This document shows positions 28,463 through 41,500 of a DNA stretch of 64,000 nt, piece by piece. The first letter of the stretch is position 1. Each line of letters starts with the position of its first letter. Source of the stretch: Chthoniobacterales bacterium. Its GTDB lineage: Bacteria > Verrucomicrobiota > Verrucomicrobiia > Chthoniobacterales > Chthoniobacteraceae. Location of the stretch: assembly GCA_038207335.1 (NCBI GenBank), contig JBBQZX010000004.1, positions 170,064-234,063 on the forward strand, written 5' to 3'. The notes under the pieces are model-generated. The model did no database searches and was not told where the DNA came from. It was given only the letters and a program-made list of their open reading frames with translations. Position numbers and translations under genes: made by a program.

Positions 28463-30297
28463 GCCGCGGTCTCGCACTGCTCGCACTCGCGATATTCACT
28501 CTCGCCGCGCATGGGGAAAATATCGTCTTCCCGGCAGGCGCTGTGACGGACATCACCCAGCCGCCATACGGCGCGAAAGGCGACGGCACGACCGACGACA
28601 CCGCCGCGATCCAGAAGGCTCTCGATGCGCGCGTGAACCTCCTCTATTTCCCAGACGGCACGTATCTCGTCTCGAAATCGCTGCGCTGGGGCCGCGCCGA
28701 AAGGCGACAAGTCGTGCAGGGCCAGAGCGTCGAAAAGACGATCATCAGGCTCAAGAACGCGTGCTCAGGCTTCGACATCGCGGAGCGTCCGCTGCCGGTG
28801 ATGTGGACCGGGAAACAGCCTGCACAAAGGTTTCGCAACGGAATCCACAATCTGACGATCGACACGGGCACGGGAAATCCCGGCGCGATCGGCGTCCAAT
28901 TCATCGCGAACAACCAGGGGACGATCGACACCGTCCATCTCATCTGCGGCGAGCGCGGCCCGATCGGCCTCGACCTCGGCTACACGAAAGACCAAGGCCC
29001 GTGCCTCATCACGCATTTGCAGGTCACAGGCTTCGACGTGGGAATCTCGACGAAGGGCGCTATGCACAGTGTGACGTTCGAGGACATCGCGCTCAGCGGG
29101 CAGAAAGTCGTGGCCTTCAAGAATGAGGGGGAACCCGTTTTCATCCGCGATCTGCACAGCTCGAATGAAGTCCCGGCATTCATCAACGCAGACCGCGACG
29201 GGCTCGCGACGCTGATCGACTGCACGCTCACAGGCACCGGCACGGCTGCGGATGTGGCGGCGATTTCCAACGGCGACAACTGCGCGCTCTACGTCCACAG
29301 CCTCAGCACGGTCGGATATAAAAGCGCGATCGCGAACGCTGGCGGGCACCGGCAAAGTCCGGATGGCGCGACGGTCACCGAGTGGTTTTCGCACCCGCCG
29401 GTCGCAGCATGGGAAGGCTCGCCGCCGCACGCCCTCGGCCTGCAGATCAAGGAAACACCGGAGGTCCCGTGGGATGAACCGGCGGACTGGATCAACGTCG
29501 CGCAGTTCAAACCGACGAAGAGCACGATCGCCGACTCCCGCGGACGCAACCGAAAAGTCGAGGACTGGACCGACGCGATTCAGCAGGCGATCGACTCCGG
29601 CAAGACCACGATTTATTTCCCCTCGGAGAAGATTCAATTCGTCGGCGACGTCCATGTGCGCGGAAAAGCGCGGCGCTTCATCGGGCTCGAAAACGCGTTC
29701 GGGAAATTGAGCCAGGGGACATGGATCATCGAAGCCGGCGAGTCTCCCACCGTGTTCTTCGAGCGCTTCGACTGGACCGGATGTCCGCTGAAAATCCGCC
29801 ACACTTCCGACCGCACGCTCGTCGTAAAAAACGTGATCGGCGGTACATGGGAATTCGAGCGCGGCGCGGGCGAAGTTTTCCTCAGCGACGTCTCACCTGA
29901 GCAAATCCGCATGACGGGAAACCACGTCTGGGCGCGGCAGCTCGATATCGAGGACACCAAGGAAACGAAGATCGTCAACGACGGCGGCACGCTCTGGATT
30001 CTCGGCCTAAAAACCGAAGGCGACTCAACGCAAATCGACTCGCGTGGCGGAGCCAAAACCGAGGTGCTCGGAGCGTTCGTTTATGCAAACACGGCGCACG
30101 AAAAACAGCCGTGCTTCGTGGTCACTGACTCCTCCTTCAGCGTCACGATGGGCGAGACCGCACTCCGTCGCGGACCATTCCAGAACCTCGTCGTCGAAAC
30201 CCGCGGCGGTGAAACAAAAGAGCTGGTCCACGGCCAAACGCCGTCGCGCGGCACGGGCTCGCTGCTAACGCTCTACTCCGGCTTTTCCGGCAACTAA
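28459..30297 (+). CDS. Secreted pectate-lyase-3/GH55-like beta-helix glycoside hydrolase
   Basis: YGAKGDGTTDDTAAIQKAL..YFPDGTYLVS and a second DWTDAIQQAID..TIYFP repeat. Confidence 0.8.
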   Translation: MSRGLALLALAIFTLAAHGENIVFPAGAVTDITQPPYGAKGDGTTDDTAAIQKALDARVNLLYFPDGTYLVSKSLRWGRAERRQVVQGQSVEKTIIRLKNACSGFDIAERPLPVMWTGKQPAQRFRNGIHNLTIDTGTGNPGAIGVQFIANNQGTIDTVHLICGERGPIGLDLGYTKDQGPCLITHLQVTGFDVGISTKGAMHSVTFEDIALSGQKVVAFKNEGEPVFIRDLHSSNEVPAFINADRDGLATLIDCTLTGTGTAADVAAISNGDNCALYVHSLSTVGYKSAIANAGGHRQSPDGATVTEWFSHPPVAAWEGSPPHALGLQIKETPEVPWDEPADWINVAQFKPTKSTIADSRGRNRKVEDWTDAIQQAIDSGKTTIYFPSEKIQFVGDVHVRGKARRFIGLENAFGKLSQGTWIIEAGESPTVFFERFDWTGCPLKIRHTSDRTLVVKNVIGGTWEFERGAGEVFLSDVSPEQIRMTGNHVWARQLDIEDTKETKIVNDGGTLWILGLKTEGDSTQIDSRGGAKTEVLGAFVYANTAHEKQPCFVVTDSSFSVTMGETALRRGPFQNLVVETRGGETKELVHGQTPSRGTGSLLTLYSGFSGN

Positions 30298-30602
30298 ACG
30301 ATCGCCGAATTCCGCATCTCCCGCGGGAGGGAGGATGCAGCTCGATCGTCACCCGCCGGACGGTTCCCCCCGGTCCGCCCAGCGCACCACACGATCGAGC
30401 TGCTTCCCTGTTTTTGTATCCCCATGTCCGCTTTCGCAGACGGAAAAGCCTTTAGCAACGGCCGTGCCCACCCGCGTTTCGTTCGGAAATATTTCGCATT
30501 CACAGAGGGGAAAAACGCGATCTTAACGGCGACGAGTGCACCACGAATCGCGACCGGCTGCGCACATTTCACCACGCTGCGCAATGCCGTGCACCGCTTT
30601 GC

Positions 30603-32351
30603 TCACTCCAGACACGCGCGCACATTCCACGACGCCTGCTCCAGCCGTACCCGCGCCTCGTCGTAGGAAATCTGCAACGCGTTGCTGACCAGTCGCACGC
30701 CGCGGTCACGGAGTTTTGCGTTGGAAATGTGGAGATCGATCATTGCATTCCCACGCACTTTCCCGAGGCGGATCATCGCGCACGTCGAGAGTATATTGAG
30801 CGCGACCTTCGTTGCAGTGCCCGCCTTCAGTCGCGTCGATCCGGTCACGATTTCCGGCCCGGTCGGCAGATCGATTTCCACATCCCAAGCAGTCGCCGTG
30901 CGCTGCCGCGCCGGGTTGCAACTCACCAGCATCGTCCGTGCGCCCAACTTCCGCGCACGCGCCAGCGCGCCCAGCACGAACGGCGTCCGCCCGCTCGCCG
31001 TCAGCCCGCACACGACATCCCCTGCCCGCACGCCGCGCTCACGCACCGCCAGTGCGCCACTTTCCACCTGATCCTCCGCACCCTCTACCGCGCGATGCAG
31101 CGCCGTCACGCCGCCCGCCATGATCGCCTGAACCAACTCCGGCGGCGCGCCGAATGTCGGTGTAATCTCGCTCGCATCCAGCACCCCGAGCCGCCCGCTC
31201 GTCCCAGCTCCCACATGGAAAAGCCGCCCGCCCGCGCGCAGCGCCGCGCTCACGAGATCGATGCCGGCCGCGAGCGATTCCGCGCACGCGCCCAGCGCCT
31301 GCGCGACGCAATTTTCCTCGCTCACAAAAAGCTCCACGAGCTGCGCCGAACTCATCAAGTCTAGGGCCGCCGACCGCGGATTACTCTGCTCCGTCGCCGC
31401 CCCCGCGAGCGCCGCCGCATCGTGAACGACCTCCCCTGCCCGCTCGACCGTCTGCAAATTCCCATCCGTCCCCTCCCCCGCCAGCCACGCCGCGCCGAGC
31501 GCCCCCGACTCCTCGCACACCTCCGCGTGCGCCTTCGGCAGCAGGATGCTCAGGCGGTAATTGAACAGTGCCGCATACTCCGGGTGATGCGAGAAAAGCC
31601 CGCCCACCAGCCGCACGGGCGTGTCCGCAAAATCAAGCCGCTGCGCCACCGCACGCGTGAATTCCGCCAGGATCGTGGCGCCGTCCTGCACCACATTCAG
31701 CATCTCCGGCTCGCCAAATCGCGCCGCCTCGAAAATGCACGGCGCGAGCCGCGCCACCGACATCTTGTCGGCCTGCGAAGCCCATTCGACCAAGTCCTGC
31801 AGCCGAGTCAGCGCCAGCGTCCGCAGGATGTTTTCCGCGAGCGGCGTGATCTTGTGATTCAAATCGTAGTGGCTCAGCACGATCCGCAGCCCCTGCATCG
31901 CGATGTGAAATCCGCTCCCGCGATCCCCGAGTAGTTGCCCCCACCCGCCCGCCTTTTCCTCGCGCCCGCCCTTTCGCCCCGTCACAGCCGCGCCAGTCCC
32001 CGAGATCACCGCGATCCCATCGCGCGCTCCAAAAGCCACCGCCATCGCCGAGTCCCGATCGCTCCCCACGCTGACACGCGCCGTCGGCCAGGTCGTCTCC
32101 ACCAGCCCGCGCAGACGCCGCCGATCCTCCTCCGTTCCGCACCCCGCGAGATACACGCCGACGTGCGTCACCTCACGCGCCAGCACGCTGAAGATGCCCG
32201 CCAGTGCTTGATCTCCGGTCAGCCGCAGATTCGAGGCCGGCAACGCGCCGCGCTCCAAAATCGTCTGCCCATCGTCGCGCATCTCCACCATCACCCACTC
32301 CGTCTTCGTCCCGCCGCCTTCGATTCCGAGCACGCGTTTTGGACTTTGCAT
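30603..32351 (-). CDS. murQ: Fusion of BadF/BadG-type sugar kinase (GlcNAc/MurNAc kinase-like) and MurNAc-6-phosphate etherase MurQ
   Basis: N-half: LGIEGGGTKT, ISGTG, GGWGQLLGDRGSG. C-half: TEQSNP, GAGTSGRLGVLDASE, GPEIVTGSTRLKAGTATK, N.KLRDR. Start at MQSPKRVLG. Confidence 0.88.
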   Translation of the reverse strand: MQSPKRVLGIEGGGTKTEWVMVEMRDDGQTILERGALPASNLRLTGDQALAGIFSVLAREVTHVGVYLAGCGTEEDRRRLRGLVETTWPTARVSVGSDRDSAMAVAFGARDGIAVISGTGAAVTGRKGGREEKAGGWGQLLGDRGSGFHIAMQGLRIVLSHYDLNHKITPLAENILRTLALTRLQDLVEWASQADKMSVARLAPCIFEAARFGEPEMLNVVQDGATILAEFTRAVAQRLDFADTPVRLVGGLFSHHPEYAALFNYRLSILLPKAHAEVCEESGALGAAWLAGEGTDGNLQTVERAGEVVHDAAALAGAATEQSNPRSAALDLMSSAQLVELFVSEENCVAQALGACAESLAAGIDLVSAALRAGGRLFHVGAGTSGRLGVLDASEITPTFGAPPELVQAIMAGGVTALHRAVEGAEDQVESGALAVRERGVRAGDVVCGLTASGRTPFVLGALARARKLGARTMLVSCNPARQRTATAWDVEIDLPTGPEIVTGSTRLKAGTATKVALNILSTCAMIRLGKVRGNAMIDLHISNAKLRDRGVRLVSNALQISYDEARVRLEQASWNVRACLE

Positions 32352-32399
32352 CGTGGCATTATGCTTAAACATCCCGCCCTCCTTCAATCCGCGCGCTCC

Positions 32400-35031
<2,632 letters not shown>

Positions 35032-35040
35032 CTAGCGCGC

Positions 35041-36417
35041 CTATTTCTTCCGCTTCTTCATCACACCCTCGATCGTCGGCGGGCCTTGCATTTCGGGTGT
35101 GTTGATCGTTGGCAGGGACTTTGCAAGCTCGGCTTTGGCGGCAGCAAATTGCGGGTCGTTTGCGACATTTTTCCATTCCAGCGGATCGGCTTTTTCGTCG
35201 TAGAGCTCCTCACTGCCGTCGGCGTAATGAATGTATCGCCAGTCGTCGGAGCGGACGGCGTGATTCTGAAAACCCCATGTCATGATCGCCGGATGCGTCC
35301 ACGGCGCAGCAGGATCGGTGAGCAGCGGGGCGACGCTTGCGCCTTCGATATGATGCGGGATATCGGCGTGCACGAGCTCGGCGAGCGTCGGGTAGATGCA
35401 ATTCAAATCGACCGCGTGATCGCAGACTGTGTTGGGCTTGGTGACGCCGGGCGCGACGAAAATCAACGCGGTACGCGTCGCCTCTTCCCATAGCGCGTGT
35501 TTTCCCCAGTGCTGCTTTTCACCGAGATGAAAACCGTGGTCGCCCCAGAGCACGATGATCGTCTTTTCCTTTGCTGGACTGCGATCGAGGGCGTCGAGCA
35601 GCCGGCCGACATTCATGTCGGCGTAAGCCATCGTCGCCAGATACGCCTGCACTGCCTCCTTCCATTGACCGGATTTTACGATCTCGGCGTGGTCGCCATT
35701 CGGATCGGCGAGCTTTATGCCGGGCGGCGGGATATCGTCGAGATCGGTCGCCAGGACTTTGGGCAGCTCGATTTTATCGAGTGGAAATTGATCGAAATAT
35801 TTCTGCGGCACCTCCCACGGCGGATGCGGCTTGTGCAGGCCGCACGCGAGGAAGAACGGGCGGTCGTGCGGCATCGCGAGTTGGGCGATGATCCAGTCCG
35901 TCGTCTGGTAGTCCTCAAGCGTGGCGTCCCCTTTTTTCAGCGCGCCGTATTTGATGTCGCCCGCCTCCTCCGCGCCTTTGAGCTTCGCGTTTCCACTTCC
36001 CGCGGGCCGATAATTGTCCCACTCACGCGGGCGTCGAAAGCTGTCGTGGTAGATTTTCCCAGCGCCGGCGGTCCAGTATCCATGCGCGTGGAGGAAGGTC
36101 GGCAGCGTGAACGCGTCGGCGATCCGGTCGCGCCAGTCGTCCTCGTTAAAATAAATGCCGCTCGTCGAAGGGCGGTATCCGGTCATCAGCGCGGTGCGGC
36201 AGGGGTTGCAAGTCGGCGCGGTGCAATAGGCTCGTGTGAAACGCATTCCGCGCGCGGCGAGACGGTCGATATTCGGCGTGCGCGCCTGCGGATTGTCGCC
36301 CGAATATCCGACCCAGTGATTCAAATCATCGACTGCGATGAACAAGATATTCGGCCGCTCGGCGCGTGAAGCAGAGGCACATGTGAGGAGGAAAATTGCG
36401 GTGGCGATGAAGCGCAT
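35041..36417 (-). CDS. Secreted sulfatase (choline/iduronate-sulfatase-like)
   Basis: RPNILFIAVDDLN, CNPCRTALMTG (CxPxR), GKIYH, GDHGFHLGEK. Start at MRFIATAIFLL. Confidence 0.92.
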   Translation of the reverse strand: MRFIATAIFLLTCASASRAERPNILFIAVDDLNHWVGYSGDNPQARTPNIDRLAARGMRFTRAYCTAPTCNPCRTALMTGYRPSTSGIYFNEDDWRDRIADAFTLPTFLHAHGYWTAGAGKIYHDSFRRPREWDNYRPAGSGNAKLKGAEEAGDIKYGALKKGDATLEDYQTTDWIIAQLAMPHDRPFFLACGLHKPHPPWEVPQKYFDQFPLDKIELPKVLATDLDDIPPPGIKLADPNGDHAEIVKSGQWKEAVQAYLATMAYADMNVGRLLDALDRSPAKEKTIIVLWGDHGFHLGEKQHWGKHALWEEATRTALIFVAPGVTKPNTVCDHAVDLNCIYPTLAELVHADIPHHIEGASVAPLLTDPAAPWTHPAIMTWGFQNHAVRSDDWRYIHYADGSEELYDEKADPLEWKNVANDPQFAAAKAELAKSLPTINTPEMQGPPTIEGVMKKRKK

Positions 36418-36543
36418 GAGCGTCTGCGATTCGTAACGCTCTCGCCGTGCGCCGTCCACATTCTGTGAGCTGCGTCCACTCGCGAAAACGTTCCCATATC
36501 GGATTGGCGCGCCACCGCATCTCCGTTCATCCTCTGGGCAGAC

Positions 36544-37335
36544 ATGTCGTCGTTTCACATCACCATCCTCGGCAGCGGCAGCTCGGGAAATAGCGCGCTC
36601 GTGGAGACGATGGGCACGCGGCTGTTGATCGACGGCGGCTTGAGCTGCCGGCAGACCGTCGCGCGGCTCGCGCAGTGCGGCGTGAATCCGCTCGAGATCG
36701 ACGGAATTTTGCTCACGCACGAGCACGGCGACCACGCGGCGTGCCTCGATGTCTGGTGCAAACAATTCGCGACGCCGATCTTCTGCAACCGCCTTACCGC
36801 CGAAGCCCTTCAGCACAGCCGTCCCGATTTAAAAAAAGATTGGCGACTCTTTGTCACCGGCAGCGAATTTCAAATCCGCGACATCACGGTGCAAACTTTT
36901 CCCGTGCCCCACGACGCGGCGGAACCCGCGGGATTCGTTCTCCATCACGGCCAGGAGGCTGTCGGATTTCTCACCGATCTCGGTTTCGCGACGAAGCTCG
37001 TCTATGAGCGCGTCCGGCAAGTGCAGACGCTCGTCATCGAGACAAACCACGACGAAAAGCTGCTGCAAAATTGCACCAAGCGCCCGTGGTCGGTGAAGCA
37101 GCGGATCATGTCGCGCCACGGCCATCTCTCGAATTCCGCAGCCGCCGGAGTGCTCGCGGAATTGCTCGACGCAAACCTCCGACGCGCCGTGCTCGGCCAC
37201 CTAAGCCGCGACTGCAATAGCCCCGAACTCGCGATCGCCGCAGTCCGCTCCGCGCTCGACGCGCGCGGCGAAAACGCGGTCGCGATCGTGTGCGCCGGCC
37301 CGAGGGAAATCAGCGCGCGTTTCGCGATCGGATAG
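36544..37335 (+). CDS. MBL-fold metallo-hydrolase (YycJ/WalJ-like)
   Basis: LGSGSSGN, THEHGDH, HDAAEP, TDLG, ETNHD, GHLSN, HLS. Confidence 0.88.
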   Translation: MSSFHITILGSGSSGNSALVETMGTRLLIDGGLSCRQTVARLAQCGVNPLEIDGILLTHEHGDHAACLDVWCKQFATPIFCNRLTAEALQHSRPDLKKDWRLFVTGSEFQIRDITVQTFPVPHDAAEPAGFVLHHGQEAVGFLTDLGFATKLVYERVRQVQTLVIETNHDEKLLQNCTKRPWSVKQRIMSRHGHLSNSAAAGVLAELLDANLRRAVLGHLSRDCNSPELAIAAVRSALDARGENAVAIVCAGPREISARFAIG

Positions 37336-37386
37336 CCCAGCGGCTTGGCGCAATTCGCGAAAACGCGCTCCCCATGCGCACGCCGT

Positions 37387-37860
37387 TCAATCCTTCCCGC
37401 CGATCGGAAAGAGCAGCGAATCGACGTATCGGCGGTTCGAGCGGCGAAGCCGATCGACGAGAAGGCGTCCGAGCGCGATGAGCAGCTTGAAGGCGGCGGT
37501 GGGATACACTCCGGCGAGCGCGGAGAGCGCGGCGTGCGTGATTTTCAAAAGCACGCACGGCTCGAGAGCGCGGACATCCGCGGAGCGCGGACCGTCATCA
37601 ACGAGCGCGAGTTCACCGAAGAAATCGCCGGGCTGGAGCACGGCGAGGTCGATGTTGTGAGCCTCGGCGTGATGCACTACTTTCGCCTGCCCACTGACGA
37701 GGATGAACATGCAATCTCCCGCGTCATCCTGCCGCACGATGAGTTCGTCTTCGGCCACCTCGACTCGATCCAGCAGGTCAATGAACGCGTCCATTTCGTC
37801 GTCCGAAAATTCGGCGAAGAGCACTTTGTTTCGGAGGTTCTCGCGCATCTCGGCGGTCAT
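37387..37860 (-). CDS. Cyclic nucleotide-binding domain protein
   Basis: GDFFGELALVDDGPRSADV phosphate-binding cassette. Start moved to ATG 37860, 4 nt after the ABC gene stop. Confidence 0.85.
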   Translation of the reverse strand: MTAEMRENLRNKVLFAEFSDDEMDAFIDLLDRVEVAEDELIVRQDDAGDCMFILVSGQAKVVHHAEAHNIDLAVLQPGDFFGELALVDDGPRSADVRALEPCVLLKITHAALSALAGVYPTAAFKLLIALGRLLVDRLRRSNRRYVDSLLFPIGGKD

Positions 37861-37864
37861 GGGA

Positions 37865-38527
37865 TCAAGGCTGGTGAAGGATTTGGCCGTCTCGCATCGC
37901 GACGCTGCGCGAGGCGCGGCGGGCGATATCGGCACTGTGAGTGACGAGTAGCAGGGTGGTGCCGGACTGAGAAGCGATAGTTTCCAGCAGCGACATCACC
38001 TGCTCCGCGTTTTCCGAATCAAGGTTACCTGTCGGCTCGTCCGCAAGCAGCAGCGGCGGCTGGTGGACGAGCGCGCGCGCGATTGCCGTACGCTGCATCT
38101 GGCCACCGCTGAGCTGATGCGTGAAATGTTGCGCGCGATCGGTAAGCCCGACGCGTTCGATGACGCGCGAAGCTTGCTCCCGTGCGGCTCGAAGCGGTGT
38201 TCCGTGCAGCAACAGCGGCACGCAGACGTTCTCCAGCACGGTCATCGTCGGCAGCAGATTGAAGAACTGAAACACGATGCCGACCTTTCTGCGGCGATAA
38301 GCGGTCAGCTCTTTTTCGCCGGCGGAATGAAGCGGCAGCGCATCGACGAAGATCTCACCTCGCGTGGTAGAATCGAGCCCGCCAATGAGGTGCATGAGCG
38401 TGCTTTTCCCGCATCCGCTTGGCCCCGTAATCGCGATGAATTCACCCGCCGCGATATCGAGCGACACATCGTCGAGCGCCGCCCCGGAGTTCGGATAGAC
38501 GCGACTGACGTGGCGCAGCGAGATCAC
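37865..38527 (-). CDS. ABC transporter ATP-binding protein (LolD/MacB-like)
   Basis: [26 protein letters not shown]; overlaps the smc stop. Confidence 0.92.
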   Translation of the reverse strand: MISLRHVSRVYPNSGAALDDVSLDIAAGEFIAITGPSGCGKSTLMHLIGGLDSTTRGEIFVDALPLHSAGEKELTAYRRRKVGIVFQFFNLLPTMTVLENVCVPLLLHGTPLRAAREQASRVIERVGLTDRAQHFTHQLSGGQMQRTAIARALVHQPPLLLADEPTGNLDSENAEQVMSLLETIASQSGTTLLLVTHSADIARRASRSVAMRDGQILHQP

Positions 38528-41500
38528 GCGGACGCGACCGTTTCGCTGTGCAAGTCGCCGCGTTTCCCGAACGTCTCTGCGACGCTTGGCACCGCGTCGG
38601 GATTGTTCGTCCCGAGCACGTCTTTGCCTTCGTGCGAATCCTCGCGGCGCGAAAACTTCACCCCGACCAAACGCGAGACGCCGTGCTCCTCCATCGTCAC
38701 GCCATAGAGTGCATCGGCGCGCGCGATCGTGCGTTTGTGGTGCGAGATCACGATGAACTGCGACTGTCCGACGAAGCGGTCAAGGATCTTGATGAAGCGG
38801 TTGATATTCGACTCGTCGAGCGGCGCATCCATCTCGTCGAGCACGCAGAACGGCGACGGCTTCACCATGTAGATCGAGAACAGAAGCGCTACGGCGGTCA
38901 TCGTCCGCTCCCCGCCCGAGAGCAGCGTGATCGTCTGAAGTTGCTTGCCGGGCGGCTTCGCGATGATGTCGATGCCGCTCTCCAGCGGGTCGCTTTCGTC
39001 GGTCAAAAGCAGGTTCGCTTTTCCACCGCCAAACAGCTCCACAAACATCTCCGAAAAGTTCACGCGAATCTTCTCGAATGTCTCCGCGAACAGCACCTTC
39101 GTCGTGTTGTTGATCTTCGCGATCACGTCGATCAGCTCCGACTTCGAGTTCGTCAGGTCGGTGTTTTGCTTTTCGAGGAAAGTGTAGCGCTCTTCGAGTT
39201 CATCGTATTCCTGAATTGCGTCGAGATTCACCGGCCCCATCGAGTCGATGCGCTGATCGAGTTCGCGCACCATCGATTCGATCCGCTCCCAATCGAGCTC
39301 GAAGCCCTCGACCACCGGCTCATCCGGCACCTCGCCGTCCAAGGCTGCTGGCTGATCCGAAGCCGGTACGCCATCCGCATCAACGACCGCATTCAAACCG
39401 CGTTGCGCGCGTTTCACCTGATCCCGATACGCCACCCGCAACCCGTGCAAATCCCGCTGAAACTCCCGCAACTCAATCTGATACCGCTTCAAAATGTGCT
39501 CCGTCAGCGCCGCGATTTTCATCTCGAGCTGGCTTTGCTTCACCTCCACACGGCTCCGCAAATCGTGCGATTCGCTGAGCCGATGCCGCAGCACTCTGAG
39601 TCCATTGCTCATCTCCTCCACGCCCGCCGCCATCGCGCTCCGCTGCTCCACCAACGCGCTCACCGCCGCCTCGGATTCACCAACCTGTTCGCGCAGACGC
39701 TCGAGATTCGACTCGATCTCCGCATTCTCCGCGAGCATCGCCTCGGCGCGTTGCGCGTAGCTGTCGATGTCCCGATGCCGCTGCTCGATCAGCTCGTGCA
39801 GTTCCGCAAGGCGCGCCTCCATCGGCTGACGCTGATGATGCAGCGACGTGTGCCGCTGCCGCTCTGTCGCCACCTTAATCCGCAACTCATTTAGCTCCGC
39901 CGCAACCTCGGTCTCGCGCGCCCGGAGGTCCTCCAACTGGCTCTGCGCCTCACTTCGCCGCGCATTCATCGCATCCAAATGCTGCAAATTTTCCAGCACC
40001 TCCGCCTCGAACATCTCCAGTCGCGACGCCGCCTCGTGCTGCCGCGCCTCGCTGCTCGCGCGCTCCCCGTCGAGCGTCTGCTGTTTTCGCTCCGTCTCCC
40101 GCATATCGCGCTCAAAAACCGCGAGCTGCCCGCGCAGCGTCGAGACCGTAAGTGTCCCGTTTTGCTTCTCCTCGCGCGCCTCGTCGAGACGCGTCTGCGC
40201 CTCTTCGATGTCCATCACGAGCCCATCGCGCCGCGTCGTGATCGCCTGCAAGGCTCCTCGCATGTCGTGCGCTTCCATCTCCAATTCCGCGATCTGATTC
40301 TTCCGCTGCAGCACCGAATTCACCGCTTCATTCGTCGCCCCGCCGTGCAAAATCCCGTCGCGCGTCAGCACCTCGCCCGCAAGCGTCACGATCAGCGAAC
40401 CGCTCTGCGGGAACAGCCGAATCGCCGTCTCCAAATCCGGCACGAGCACCGTGTGATTCACCAGCCGCTCGATCAACCGCCGCAGTTCCGGCGCCGGTTT
40501 CACCTTGTTGATGAGCCAGTCGATCGCCCCCTCCGGCAGCATCATTTCCTTATCCTCGACGTGCGCGAACACCTTTTCAAATTCGCGCAATGCCAGCGAC
40601 GCCTTCCCCATTTTCCTCGCCGTCAGCGTCTTGATCACCGCCTCCGCAACCATCGTGTCTTTCATCACGATCGTCTGAAGATGAGCCCCCAGCGTGGCTT
40701 CCACGGCCGCGACATACTCCGCCGGCACGTCGATAAATTGCGCCACCGCGCCCAAAATCGCTGGCTTGAAGAACTCCGGATTGTCCAACCCGCGCAGGAT
40801 CGCCTGCGTCCCTTCGGAAAAGCCCTCCCCACCTTCATTGAGCTGACGCAGCACATCCAGCTTCGCCTCTTTGTCCGACAAAAGCCGCTGCGCCCCGCGC
40901 AAATCCTGCTCCACCGCCGCCAGCGCAGCCTGCCCCTCGCGCACCTGCTGCTCCGCCTCCGTGAGCTGCGCCGTCGCTCGCGCCAGATCGATCTGTGCCC
41001 CCTCAAGCTCCGCTTGCGCCGTCGTCTGCTGCTCAGTCACCCGCGCAAATCCAAACTCCAACTGCTCCAGTTCGCTCGACAAAATCCCCAACCGCGCCTC
41101 CGCCCCATCCCGCTGCTGCGTCGCCATCGCGATCTGCCCGCGCAGCCCGCTCACGCGGCTCTCGATCTTCCCCGCGTCGCTCGCCGCCGACGCGATCACG
41201 CGCTCCCCCTCCTGCCGCTGCGCCACCAGCGCCGCCGTCGCCGCCTGCTTTTCCTCCAGCACTCGCAACTCACCCGCAAGCATCGTCGTGATCTGCGCCA
41301 ACTCCGCATCCGTATCGCGAAGCTGCGTCTCCGCGATACGCAGCTTTTCCTCCGCCCCAGCCACATCCGCGCGATACCGCTCCACGAGTCCGCCAAATTC
41401 CTGTGACCGCTCCGCATTGAAAACGATCCGGTTCTCGTGATTCGAAATCCGCGACCGCAAATCGTTCACCACCTGCCGCGCCGCGTTGAGCTGAGCCTCC

